Source of the DNA: Octopus vulgaris
Taxonomy: Eukaryota
Assembly: GCA_951406725.2 (NCBI GenBank)
Contig: OX597831.1
Coordinates: forward strand, 72,168,001 to 72,232,000
Length of the DNA: 64,000 bases
Direction of reading: 5' to 3'
Positions 39,061 through 54,655 of the stretch are shown piece by piece. The notes beneath the pieces are model-generated. The model was given only the letters and a program-made list of their open reading frames with translations, searched no databases and was not told where the DNA came from. The first letter of the stretch is position 1, and each line of letters opens with the position of its first letter. A program made the translations under genes and the position numbers.

Positions 39061-39763
39061 ATTATATAGAGGGTACTATTATTTATAGGTACCGACACGC
39101 TAGGAAGGACCCTTGCAGTCAAAACTACTAAAATAAACAAATTTTACCGAATGCAAAACTTCAAAGCAAGTCATTTAAAAACAGAATTTAGTTACATATC
39201 ACCTGTGATTTCGCAATCAATGCAGAATATGCATTCTATGCTCTTCAGTCAACGAACTCAAGACATGTAAGGAAAAAACACAATATAGCATACCTGACAG
39301 CCAACCGTAGAATTCGTCGTAGCATGAAGGAATGTTTATCTTTACATATCTATGAAAATGGCGGGCCTATTCGCAATGCATTTCGGTAACAATTTGTCTA
39401 TTCGGGACAAAAATTCAGTATTGAACTATTCCGGTGAAAAATATAAATTTAAAATTAAGGATAAAATCTTTATAAGAAATTATCAAGTAGTTAGCGTGAA
39501 GAACCTCGTAAGAAAAAAAATCTGTAAATTTTTCCACTTTGAAAATATTTATTTATATTATATAGAGGGTACTATTATTCATAGGTACCGACACGCTAGG
39601 AGGGACCCTTGCAGTCAAAACTACTAAAATAAACAAATTTTACCGAATGCAAAACTTCAAAGCAAGTCATTTAAAAACAGAATTTAGTTACATATCACCT
39701 GTGATTTCGCAATCAATGCAGAATATGCATTCTATGCTCTTCAATGCAACGAACTCAAGACAT
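39061..39763 (-). mobile_element. Partial tandem repeat (496-nt period) with a hammerhead motif in each ~206-bp direct repeat; retrozyme-like or Penelope terminal repeat
   Basis: 39061-39266 is nearly identical to 39557-39763. The minus strand of each reads gttg(c)a-(C/T)TGAAGA-gca...tgc-GAAA-tcacaggtga-TA-tgtaac. Confidence 0.75.
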
Positions 39764-39779
39764 TAAATTTATATATACA

Positions 39780-39827
<48 letters not shown>

Positions 39828-39869
39828 CACGATTCAGTTGCGAGCGGAAAATAAAATTACATTACAAGA

Positions 39870-40956
39870 CATAAATTAAAAGCGGAAAACGATCAATTCA
39901 TTAAAAAATGAAAGAAATGTTGAAGGCTAAAAAGAAAAAAAAATATGCGCAACACAAATGTGAACCCGTTCTTAATGTGTGATAATGTGTTGATGTACGC
40001 ACAAAGAGTCGTAGTGCCAGCTACTCTACAGAAGCGATTACTGAAGGAATTTCACATTGGTCAGCCAGGGATTTTCGAGAATGAAATCGTTAATGAGAAG
40101 TTATGAATATTGTCAAACAATGGACCGTGACATTGAAGAACTAGTGAAAGCATGCAGAGGGTGTGCCTTTGTTGCAAATGCACCGACCACTAAATGGCAA
40201 CCGTGGCCAAAAACAGATATTCCATGGGCCAGACTGCATGTTGATTATGTAGGTCCACCTAATGGTTCATACTACCTTGTTGTGGTGGACAGTTTTTTAA
40301 AGTGGCCTGAAGTGCATAAGTGTAAAAAGATCAGATCCGTTTTTGATAAATTGATACTAAGTGAACATAGAAAAAAGGCGAACAAATATACTTCAAAGTT
40401 CATGTTAGATGACAAAGTGTTTTTTAAACCTATAGTAAAGAAAGCTGGGAGGAGGGTGTAATTATTACCTAAATTGAAAGAATGTTATTCCTGGTAAAAG
40501 GAAAAAATGTCGAATATAAAAGACATATTAACCAACTTTGTAAAAGATTCACGGAAAAAACGGTCACGTGAAATGAAAGTATTGTACGACACGTCTGAGG
40601 TACCAACACCCAAACAATTTGAAACCACACGTTCTAGCATCAGAAAACGGGAAAAAAAACGGAAACACTGGAATTGAACCCTGAGCGCAAGAGATATTAA
40701 AACTCTGAGCGGAATATAATTCTCAAAAGAAGAAGTTAGGGGAAGCTAATTCTAAAAGGGGGAGGTGCTGCTGAAGGATTCCGACCACCCCCATGTGACT
40801 AAAAGTGGACTGAAATATTGCTATCAGCATTTCAGGGTAAGCAATTAACTGTGAACCGTTGACAGAGCGTTTAACTTCATGTAACAATAATCGTAGTGCG
40901 TCATATGAATACTTTCTTCCCCCTGCTTCGTTAAATTATTTATCCAACTCCAGGAT
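39870..40956 (+). mobile_element. Gypsy LTR retrotransposon remnant: integrase fragment, PPT and 3' LTR
   Basis: LLKEFH..RMKSLMRSY..DIEELVKACRGC..WPKTDIPWARLHVDYVGP..YLVVVDSF.KWPEV. PPT aaaagggggagg at 40754-40765 followed by TG. Confidence 0.88.
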
Positions 40957-40973
40957 ATAAAAAATATATATAT

Positions 40974-42218
40974 ACAGGGTGGAGGAGCAAAACTTGCAAA
41001 ATTGCTGTAACATTTGAAACTCTTTCATTGCGCATCAATAGGTTAAGCAATTTAAAAATAGGTTAATAACATTCACATATATTTACAAAATGAATAATTT
41101 ATCCTGTATGGCTTCCATTGTTTGCAATTACAGCCTCCACACTGCCCCGGAACCCTGCACAGCTCTTCACTACGAAGTCGTTGGACATTCTGGCCTACTC
41201 ATCATTGATAGCAACCTATCAGTGTTGATGCTGAGGTGGTAGGTTTTATTGGTAGCATGTTCCAAAATGCCCCATACAGCATAGTCCAGAAGGTTGAGAT
41301 CTGGGCTGGAAGAAGGCCAGAAGTCCGCAGGCAAGCCAGAAAGATGCAAAGTTAGATTTGCAGAAATTTTGTACCTTCTTGGCAGTATGGCTGGAAGCAC
41401 CATCCTAGGTTCACACATAGTTGCCCTCTGGGTTGTTGGCCTTGAGCCATTGTAAGGCATGGTACCTCAGCGTCTTGTAGTAGGTGTCAGCACTCGCCTT
41501 TTCTCTGGGCTTGTAGAAGTAGATTGGCCTCTTTCTTGAGTCGGAAGCCACATCTAAGGCCTCGACCTGTTGACTCCGCAGTGTACCAGTCGTTTCTGTG
41601 GTTCACAATGGCATCCACTGAGATCTCGTCAGAGAAAGTTTTCACAGTGGACTCGTTCTTCTTGAGGTATGTGAGAACCTTTCTGCACCTCTCCAGTCTC
41701 CTGGCCTTCGTAGGTTCTGTTAGCAGGTATCTTGGTGTCCTGGTGTAAGACTTGAGGCCCAAGTCATCATTCACAGCTGTTCAGATCGTCTTGGCGTCCG
41801 CTTCAAGTTCAGAATATCGTTGGGTCCGTTGAAATTTTGGACTTGGGGTTTTCATGAAGTCATGGTTCCGTTTCTTGTTGGTCCCACTGCTGCCAGACTT
41901 CCTCTGAAAGCCTGTTGCTTATGTCCATTCTCTTCTTGACTTAATAAACTGCGTGTAAGAATAGTTCGGCTATGCCTGAGATCCGCTCCGGGTCTATTTG
42001 GACACGGACCAAATCACAGACTCTTTGGAGTTTGTCTTCCTGTGCGGTCATTATCTCTAATATCCCTACAAGAAAAAAATACAATAATAAATAAAAATGA
42101 ATTTATTATTAGCTGACAATGTATTCTTTGTTCTGCATTAGGTTTCATATCATTTGGTGTAGAGGCTGCTGTGAAATATTAGTGCAACTTTTAATGCAAG
42201 GTTTGCTTCCCCGATCTC
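40974..42218 (-). mobile_element. Degenerate Tc1/mariner (maT/DD37D-like) transposon with TIRs
   Basis: DDLGLKSY..RLERC..FSDE and FWPSSSPDLNLLDYAVWGILE. TIRs tacagggtggaggagcaaaacttgca / tgcaaggtttgcttcccc. Confidence 0.88.
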
Positions 42219-42439
42219 GAACCCACAAGAATAAACAAGAGAGACAGATACAGGTAGAAACAAGGAAAATGCCCCTTGTATTTGAATACTATGCAAATAT
42301 TCTTTTAAAATACTTTTCATTTAATTTTTCCAAAATTTAATTGTTTCCATACTTACAGTTGAAAAAGTCTAAATGATTGAAACCGGTACTGAAATGTTTT
42401 TTATATAATTGTTTTAGCATCTTCTACCTTGACTTTTTT

Positions 42440-42494
<55 letters not shown>

Positions 42495-42709
42495 GTGAAA
42501 TAGAAAGATGAATAATCTTGTAGCAGATTAATCAAAAGTTTAACCGATACCTTGGTAGCAAAAATCACAGCAGAAGACAGCACGGTTGGAGGTACAACCA
42601 TATGGTGTTGCAACCGTGCGTTGGTGCGGATAATTGAATTTTAATATTATTGGTGAATTGAAGAAATGGAGCTGTTCAATCTTCGTTCAGCTCCATTTCT
42701 TCAATTCAC

Positions 42710-42762
<53 letters not shown>

Positions 42763-42849
42763 GTATATGTATATATATGTGTATGTATGTATGTATGCGT
42801 GTGCGTTATATGTATATACATACATACACATAAACACATACACACATTG

Positions 42850-43710
42850 ATTTCAAATTGTGGCCGAGGGCCAACAATTTTAGGGGAGGGGTAAGTCAGT
42901 TACATCGACCCCAGTATTTAATTGATACTTATTTTATCGATTCCGAAATGCTGAAAGGAAAAGTTGATCTCGGCAGAATTTGAACTCAGAACGTGCAGAC
43001 GTATGCTGCTAAGCATTTTACCCGGCGTGCTAACGATTCCTATTTCATTATTGCCCACAAGGGGCTAAACACAGAGGACAAACAAGGACAGACAAACGGA
43101 TTAAGTCGATTACATCGACCCCAGTGCGTACAAAGAAAGTGAGGACTAAGAAAGACAGACAAACAGATTAAGTCGATTATATCGACTCGACCCCAATGCG
43201 TAACTGGTACTTATTTAATCGACCCCGAAAGGGTGAAACGCAAAGTCGACCTCGGCGGAATTTGAACTCAGAACGCTGTAGCAGACGAAATACCTATTTC
43301 TTTACTACCCACAAGGGGCTAAACACACAGAGAACAAACAAAGACAGACAAACGGATTAAGTCGATTATATCGACCCCAGTGCGTAACTGGTACTTATTT
43401 AATCGACCTCGAAAGGGTGAAAGACAAAGTCGACTTCGGCGGAATTTGAACTCAGAACGTAACGGCAGACGAAATACCTATTTCTTTACTAACCACAAGG
43501 GGCTAAACACAGAGAGGACAAAACAAGGACAGACATAGGTATTAAGTCGATTACATCGACCCCAGTGCGTAACTGGTACTTATTTAATCGACCCCGAAAG
43601 GATGAAAGGCAAAGTCGACCTCGGTGGAATTTGAACTCAGAACGTAGCGGCAGACGAAATACCGCTAGGCATTTCGCCCGGCATACTAACGTTTCTGCCA
43701 GCTCGCCACC
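42850..43710 (-). mobile_element. Head-to-tail multimer of SINE family A
   Basis: Repeated ttaagtcgatta.atcgaccccagtgcgtaactggtac blocks, period ~185 bp. Confidence 0.9.
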
Positions 43711-43746
43711 TTACACACACACTCACACACACACACGCACACACTC

Positions 43747-43796
<50 letters not shown>

Positions 43797-44715
43797 CACT
43801 CATAGCTACATTTAAACAAATGAATGTGGGAATGTTATTTCTAAAAGTTGTAAAATGCGAATAAAATCGATAAAAAAAGCTTTAAAATTCTCAGTAAACA
43901 AATGAACAAATAAGGAAACTTAGTTTTCGTTCAGTTCCCACCGATAAGAAATCATTAAAGTTTGCTCTAAATGACGGACGGGTGTTTTCTTGATTTTATT
44001 GTTCGCGTGACACAGAATTTGACAAGGATGGCCTTTTGAAAAAAAGGGTAGAACTCATTTTTGCCGGTTGAGTGAACTGGGGCCACATGAAATAAAGTGT
44101 CTTGCTCAAGGACTCAACGCGCCGCCGGCTGTCCAATTTACGACCTTAGAATTGTGAACCAACTGTCCCTAACCACTAAACCACGCGCCTTCACTGAGAT
44201 GAAACATAGGAATACATTATGCATTCCTCCTTTTTTAAGGTGACGGTGTAAGTTGAAGGATATACGACTGCTATTCCAGGCGGTACCATGGCCAATGTGG
44301 TAAATCCGAGGCGTGGTTATTGCTAGTTGAAAACTATTCCAGTGGAGGCTTCTATTTTGGCTTGTCTTGACAGTCAGCAAAAGATAAAATTCAATGTTAT
44401 GGCCCTACAGATATCGTACATTAGAAATCAATATTGGCTTTATTTAAGGCAGCGAGCTAGCAGAATCGTTAGCAGGCAACACACACACTTATACACGGGG
44501 CTTCTGCACAATCTCCATTGACCAAATTCACTCGTAAAACATTGTTCAACCTGGGGCTTGTAGTAGTAAACAATTGTCCAGGTGCCATGTAGTGGGATTG
44601 AACCTGAAACCACACAATGCAAAGTGGACATTTTATTCACACACCCTTTGTGTTTATATTATATACGAGCAGAGATACCCGGCGTTGGTTGCGATTAGAA
44701 TGGCATAGTTTGTTT

Positions 44716-46505
<1,790 letters not shown>

Positions 46506-46644
46506 CATTTATATGTATATGTACAAATATATATGTATGCATATATATATATATATATATATTCACACACACATATATATGTATACATGTATATATACAT
46601 ATATATATGTATATACACATATATATGCATATATATATTTATAA

Positions 46645-46697
<53 letters not shown>

Positions 46698-46767
46698 TAT
46701 ATATATTCCTATATATATACGTATATATATATATACATATATATATGTGTGTGTGTGTGTGTATACT

Positions 46768-46798
<31 letters not shown>

Positions 46799-46837
46799 AT
46801 ATGTAAATATATGTATGTGTATATATACATATATATT

Positions 46838-46936
<99 letters not shown>

Positions 46937-47840
46937 ATATATATATATATATATTGATATAATTGATAAGACAACAAAAGAATGAAAGAGAACTCGATAT
47001 GTAAATAGAGGAATTTATCCGTAAATGTAATTTGTATTAATTATTCGGTAGCCATGATAAAACTCCAAGATTCGGAGGTCGGGGTGGAAATCCACGCCGC
47101 CATCTCTTCAGTTATCCGACCGAGATGGCGGCGTGGATTTCCACCCCGACCTCCGAATCTCGGAGTTTTATCATAGCTACTGAATCATTGTCACATATTA
47201 CATTTATAGATATATATGTATGAAACACGCATTGAGTCGAAACAGGGGCAGCTAATGAAGGGGAATGTTCCTTGTATTGTTTGTCTTGTACTCTGGGTTT
47301 TCGTTGTTAAAAAAAGTCCGTTTCCTTGTTTGTTTTTATGTTTTCGTTTCTCGTTGTGTTGTACGTTTATTTGTGGTGTCCTGTACTCATAAGTGCATGT
47401 ATATATACATATAGATGTAGGTATCTACATATATGTATGTATGTATGCATGATTTCCTTACACTCCCTTCCCCACAGCTTCACGAGGGAGGGAAGAAGGG
47501 GGAGAAGCAAACACAGGTGCAGGTGTGACCATGGACGCCAACTCCGCCGCCATCGACACACGAAAAATTATGCATTAAAATGGAATAAAAAATGTTAAAT
47601 TATTTTTAAAATCGTAGACTCATATATATATATACACACACACATATATATTCGTTTATCCCTTTATTGTTTTATTTGCTTCAGTCATTTGAATGTGGCC
47701 ATACAGGAGCACCGTCTTTAGTTGAGAAAATTGACCCCGAGACATACTTTTGCCGAACCGCTAAATTATGGGGTCGTAAACACAACCAGCATTGGTTATC
47801 AAGCGATGTTTGAGTGGGGGACAAGTACAGACACAAACAT

Positions 47841-47899
<59 letters not shown>

Positions 47900-47916
<17 letters not shown>

Positions 47917-48525
47917 TCTATATTTAAGAGATGAGGTATTACGTGCATTATTTACAATTGACGGGTATTTGTTAATACAACGTTTTGGCTGATATATCCT
48001 CCAGCTTTCATTTCGAACCTGGGTTCTCATTCCTAAGGTATTTTTCAATGTTATTATTATCATTATTATTATTATTATTATTCAGGTCACTGGAATCGAA
48101 CTCGGAATCTTGGGGATAGTGGCCCGCGCTCTTAACCACTCCAATTATGGAGTGAATTTTAGGGCTTATAAATCTAATATTCTCCTATCCTTCCTTTATA
48201 CTGGTTCCCATATGCTGTTCATATCTGCACTTGGTCTGCTTAAGAAGTTGTATCCTATCGTATGTGCTGCTTCTTTTAGTTTTCGTATTTTCCAGTGGTG
48301 TTCGCTGTCTATTATTTTAACTTCATCCCACAGGGGGAGCTAGTCTCCATTTTTCCATACATGATCAACTATACCTGATTTATCAATATCTCCTCGTGTC
48401 ACAGCTTTGCAATGTTCCTCTACCCTTATTTTGAGGGGTGGCATGTTTCGCCTTTGTATAACCTATCACAGCTGCATGGGATGGAGTACACGCAGTCTTT
48501 GGTCATATTCTCTTCTATTGGTGGT
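47900..48525 (-). mobile_element. Penelope-like element 3' end (GIY-YIG endonuclease remnant plus terminal region)
   Basis: Minus frame DCVYSIPCSCDRLYKGET...IRVEEH...DKSGIVDHVW...WDEVKIIDSE..WKIRKLKEA. Terminus homologous to 37480-37630. Confidence 0.85.
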
Positions 48526-48599
48526 TTTACAAGAAATAATATTTGTCTCTTTTTATAGAAACAAAAGGGTTTATAGAACTGCAAAAGAAGTTCTCAAAT

Positions 48600-48690
48600 G
48601 TAAATGAGACTGTAGCAAGTAGCCATTTTAGCCATTTTGAAATACGGCGCCAATTGGCAATATGACGTAATGTCGTATTGCTGAAGAATT
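48600..48690. promoter_or_regulatory. Candidate promoter motifs (two YY1-like GCCATTTT, CRE-like TGACGTAA, CCAAT)
   Basis: gccattttagccattttgaaatacggcgccaattggcaatatgacgtaatg, close to a CpG-content transition. Could instead be a transposon subterminal region. Confidence 0.35.
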
Positions 48691-50069
48691 ATTATTTTCG
48701 TTTTTTTCCACTGGTTAATATAACTGCTCATATAAGGATTCAAAAAAGTTACGTAAAGAATATTTGTAATGAATTTCGATTCTTTAAAGTTAAGTTGAGC
48801 AGTTATAAAAACCCTGGATTTGGGAAAAAACTTTAGTATTTGTTGGATGTAACGAAACTCCATGACACTCACTCCTTTGAGACATTGGTGATTTTTCATG
48901 CCATGTCCAAAGAAAATCACAAGTCTATTTTGAATTGTTGATTAATCTATTAGTTAGCTTTATGAATTAGCTAGTGAATATATATAGTCGTACTTCTACA
49001 CGACGAAAATTATCTTTTCTTTCACAGGTACATAATATAAAATGTTATATTTATATAATAAAACTAATTAAGAAAATATTTTCTCTTCACGTTTTTTTCA
49101 ACTGAGTATAAATAAATATGCATTTCTGTAATCATTAATTTATATTTTCTTATAGCGGTTAAATGAACACGAAGAAAATATACATACATGTCGTTAATAT
49201 TCATAGCGTTCCATAAGTATATTTCTCTAAGTGACGTTTTAATCATTATATTCACCCTTACTCAAAACAGCCAAATAAAATAATCTATTTCCCAATAGAA
49301 AACAATAAATAGCATTACATTACTGTAACAAAACTAAATAGAGAATATACTGTAATAATATAACCTAAGAGAAAGCTCAAGGTAGCTTAATACCGCTATA
49401 AGACGAAGAAAGAAGTAACATTAGATTTGAGTCAAGGTCTTGATATGTAACACCAAACCTCAAACATTTAATCACATAGGAATATCGCCATGGTTCTTAA
49501 ACTCATGAAGAAATATATATACATAAAAACACAGAAGGTAAAACTATATATCCGAATCAAATACAAATAGAACGACCTATCAAAATATAAATAAAAACCC
49601 CAAAAAATTCGTGAATTGCTTTACGCATTTTTAATGGTTTTTATTTATCTGATATTCATGTGATTAAATGTTTGAGGTGTTACATATAAAGTCGTTGACT
49701 CAAATCTATTTGTTTGTTCTGGCACGTGAAAATCATTCGAGCGAGATCGTTGGCAGTGCTGCTGCACTCGCTACCGTGCTGTTGGCACGTAAAAAAACCA
49801 CTTGAGCGTGGCTGTTGCCTGCACCGCCTGACTGGTCCTCTGGGAGAAGTTGGCGTTAGGAAGGGCATCCAGTTGTAGAAATTCTGCCAGATCATATTGG
49901 AGCCTGGTCCAGCCATCTGGTTCGCCAATCCTCAGTCAAATTGTCCAACCCATGCTAGCATGGAAAGCGGATGTTAAACGATGATGATGATATATACATA
50001 ATATTTATGATTTTGATTTGATTTTTCCAGTTTCAGCTAATGAGCTGTGGCCATGCTGGGGCACCGCCA

Positions 50070-50278
50070 TTTATATACATATATATATAATATATATACA
50101 TAATGTATATAATATATATATATACATAATGTATATATACATATATATATAATATATATATATACATAATGTATATATATATATACATAATGTATATATA
50201 TATATATATACATAATGTATATATATATATGTATATACATAATATATATACATATACATAATATATATACATATACAT

Positions 50279-50314
<36 letters not shown>

Positions 50315-50847
50315 CCTATACATAATATATATATATATACATATACATAATATATATATATACATATACATAATATATATATATATACATATACATAATA
50401 TATATATATATATACATATACATAATATATATATATATATACATATACATAATATATATATATACATATACATAATATATATATATACATATACATAATA
50501 TATATATATACATATACATAATATATATATATACATAATATATATATATACATATACATATATATATATACATATATATATATACATATACATATATATA
50601 CATATACATATATATACATATACATATATATATATACATGTACATATATATACATATACATATATATATATACATATACATATATATATATACATATACA
50701 TATATATATATACATATACATATATATACATATATATATACACATTATATATATTTATATATATATATACATATACATAATATATATATATATATACATA
50801 TACATAATATATATATATACATATACATAATATATATATATATACAC

Positions 50848-50892
<45 letters not shown>

Positions 50893-50962
50893 TATATATA
50901 TATACATATACATAATATATATATATACATATACATAATATATATATATATACATATACATA

Positions 50963-51003
<41 letters not shown>

Positions 51004-51176
51004 CACACATAATATATATATATACACATAATATATATATATATACACATAATATATATATATATACACATAATATATATATATACACATAATATATATA
51101 TATATATATATACACATAATACATATATATATATACATATACATAATATATATATATATATATACATATACATAAT

Positions 51177-51210
<34 letters not shown>

Positions 51211-51345
51211 ATATATATATACATATACATAATATATATATATATACAAATATATATATACATATACATAATATATATATATATATACAAATATACATAA
51301 TTATACATTATATATATACATAATATATATAAATATATATACATA
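50070..51345. repeat. Complex (TA)n-derived satellite with catatacata higher-order units
   Basis: Direct reading; source of the long YI-repeat ORFs. Confidence 0.97.
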
Positions 51346-51860
51346 TGTGTGTGTGTGGATGCACAATGGCCCTGTGGTTAGGGCAGTGGACTCGCGGTTT
51401 CGATTCCAAGATCGGGCATTGTGTGTTTATTGAGCGAAAACACTTAAAGCTCCATGAGGCTCCAGCTGGCTGTGGTGGCGAACCTTGCTGTAATCTTTCA
51501 CCACAACTTTCTCTCACTCTTTCTTCCTATTTCTGTTGTACCTGTATTTCAAAGGGCCAGCCTTGTCACACACTGTGTCACACTGAATATCCCCGAGAAC
51601 TACGTTAAATGTACACGTGTCTGTGAAGTGCTCAGCCACTTGCACGTTAATAAATGAGTTGCGATGTCACTGGTACCAAGCTGTATCGGCCTTTGCCTTT
51701 CTCTTGGATAACATTAGTGATGTGGACTGGTGAGGCTGGTATGCATGGGCAACTGCTGGTCTTCCATAAACAACATTGCCCAGACTTGTGCCTTGGAGGG
51801 TATCTTTCTAGGTGCAATCTCATGGTCATTCATGACCGAAGGGGGTCACAACAACAATAT

Positions 51861-51897
<37 letters not shown>

Positions 51898-52274
51898 TGT
51901 ATCCACATACATACATAATATATATAAATATATATACATAATATATGTGTAAGCATGTATATATGTGAGAGAATAGTTTCAATATTAACAGTGAAAGTAA
52001 TAAATTGTATGTATCTCACATTACTATAGAGATGTTATTCTTTCAGTTTTGACAAGTGATACTAAAATAGTGTAAGAGGTAAGAGATTGGTCCAGGCTCA
52101 CATTGCGCAAGAAGCTGAAGATTATTTGGGCCCTTGACACTGCATTGACCCTAAGGAAGGCATGTGTAAAATTTGAATGAAATCATTTGGGTAGTTCTTG
52201 AGTTTTTGTGATGCACACATACAGACAGACATTCTCAGTTTTATATATATATATATATAGATAGATAGATAAAT

Positions 52275-52446
52275 AGGCGTAGGAGTGGCTGTGTGGTAAG
52301 TAGCTTGCTTACGAACCACATGGTTCTGGGTTCAGTCCCACTACGTGGCACCTCGGGCAAGTGCCTTCTACTATAGCCTCATGCCAACCAAAGCCTTGTG
52401 AGTGGATTTGGTAGACGGAAACTGAAAGAAGCCCATCATATATATG

Positions 52447-52531
<85 letters not shown>

Positions 52532-53135
52532 GTGTGTCTGTGTTTGTCCTCCCAACATCGCTTGACAACCAATGCTGGTGTGTTTACATCCCTGTAACTT
52601 AGCAGTTCGGCAAAAGAGACCGATAGAATAAGTACTAGGCTTATAAAGAATAAGTCCTGAGGTCGATTTGCTCGACTAAATGCGGTGCTCCAGCATGGCC
52701 ACAGTCAAATGACTGAAACAAGTAAGAGAGAGAGAGATCCTGCATGAAATTGCTTTTCAACATTATTCACATCTTTACTTATTTTCATTTATTATTATTC
52801 TTAGCATTGTTTATGAAAATATTTACCACAGTATCCTCAGACCAACCAAAGCCTTGTGAGTGGATTTGGTAGACGGAAACTGAAAGAAGCCCGTCGTATA
52901 TATGTATATATATATATGCATGTGTGTGTTTGTGTGTCTGTGTTTGCCCACCTAGCATTGCTTGACAACCGATGCTAGTGTGTTTATGTCCCCGTTACTT
53001 AGCGGTTCGGCAAAAGAAACCGATAGAATAAGTACTGGGCATACAAAAGAATAAGTCCCGGGGTTGAGTTGCTCGATTAAAGGCGGTGCTCTAGCATGGC
53101 CGCAGTCAAATGACTGAAACAAGTTAAAGAGAGAG
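52275..53135 (+). mobile_element. Two SINE family B copies (full 52275-52730; 5'-truncated 52840-53135)
   Basis: Family B head, body and tail blocks. Confidence 0.9.
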
Positions 53136-54276
53136 TATCAACTATTTTCTAAAGGTTGTCCTCACATATGCCCACAAAACAATAGACAAAAGAAGTTTAT
53201 TAAGATTTAATTTTATTAAAATGAATATAGCAACAAAGATATTATGTTAGTTGGATTAAAGTCAGGTAGAAGTAGAGCATACACACATTCTTATAGAGCT
53301 GATTGGAGTAATAAAAGAATAATAATATAAGGTTTTTAATCTGTTTGACACATTTGAATAAGAAGATAGCTTTTAATTATTTTCAGCATCAAAAAAGTGG
53401 ATCATGGTAGAAGCTTTAGTTGTTCTCTGTTACTTCAATGACACCGTCATCCTGGGTTGAAGGGTCATTTTGCTGCAAAGAAATCAAAAGTTGAAAGTTA
53501 ATAAAATGGCTTTATTTTTGACAATGTTAAAAGGTCCTAAATTTTAAAAGGATAGAATTCTAAGTTGAGAAGTTGTGGTATTCATACCAAGGCCATGCCC
53601 TCTGAACGGACAATGCAGGCTTAGCTTATCCACACTGAAACTGTAAATATCTCCAATTTATCATCATCACTGGCACAGGCTTGGCTGTGTGCTAAGAAGT
53701 TTGCTTCCCAATCACGTGGTTCCGGGTTCAATCCCATTGCGTGGCACCTTTTTGCATTCTCTTTTTTTTATAATTGTCATTTTACTTGTTACTACACCTT
53801 TTCTGTTTTAAAACCCATAAAAAATTATTTTTGGGTGGTTTTGCAGAGCTGGAACAGATTAATTATATTTTAGTTAATTTCAATGCGGAAAACTGATTTG
53901 TAAAACAAGTAAATCATAAGATGAGCTCAGTCATGGAACGAATTAAACTCGTACTGCAAGGTATCACTGTAGTTATTTTCTTTTACTATTTCATTCTGAA
54001 ACATAAACTGTCACTTTTAAAAGTCAGTCTGTCATCACATACGGACACAACAACCCACCAAAACACCACTACTACTACTGGTCTGTCATTCTTAACCCTT
54101 TAGTGTTTAAACCGGCTGTATCAGGCCCAAATATTCTACACATTTTATGCTCAAACTGGCCAGATCCAGCATCTCACACCTACCCTCCAATGTCATTCTT
54201 AAAATAAGCAATTACATCTTTCCTATCTTGAAGCTACAAAATAATATCATAATTTTTTTTTGAATGTGAATAAATA

Positions 54277-54655
54277 AGGCGCAGGAGTGGCTGTGTGGTA
54301 AGTAGCTTGCTTACCGGTTCCGGGTTCAGTCCCACTGCATGGCACCTTGGGCAAGTGTCTTCTACTATAGCCCAGGGCCGACCAATGCCTTGTGAGTGGA
54401 TTTGGTAGACGGAAACTGAAAGAAGCCTGTCGTATATATGTATATATATGTGTGTGTGTGTGGGTGTGTGTGATTTTTTTTGTTCCTCCCCCATCGCTTG
54501 ACAACCGATGCTGGTGTGTTTACGTCCCCGTCACTTAGCGGTTCGGCAAAAGAGACCGATAGAATAAGTCCCGGGGTCGATTTGCTCGACTAAAGGCGGT
54601 GCTCCAGCATGGCCGCAGTCAAACGACTGAAACAAGTAAAAGAGTAAAAGAGTAA
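54277..54655 (+). mobile_element. SINE family B, young-looking copy
   Basis: Near-consensus body with CpGs retained; aataa-like target duplication on both sides. Confidence 0.9.

Noticed and set aside
39089-39349. Apparent exons (plus-strand open frame 39089-39266; minus-strand ICKDKHSFMLRRILRLAV)
   Set aside because: Both lie inside the 496-nt hammerhead repeat unit; chance splice-like sites are more likely.
44238-44370. Exon with in-frame TGA (selenoprotein idea)
   Set aside because: Start resembles a dispersed repeat also seen near 690 and 61680; no selenoprotein motif or SECIS seen.
50033-51344. 421-aa and other YI-rich ORFs (also 37158-37616, 45698-46985)
   Set aside because: Stop-free frames through (TA)n-derived repeats.
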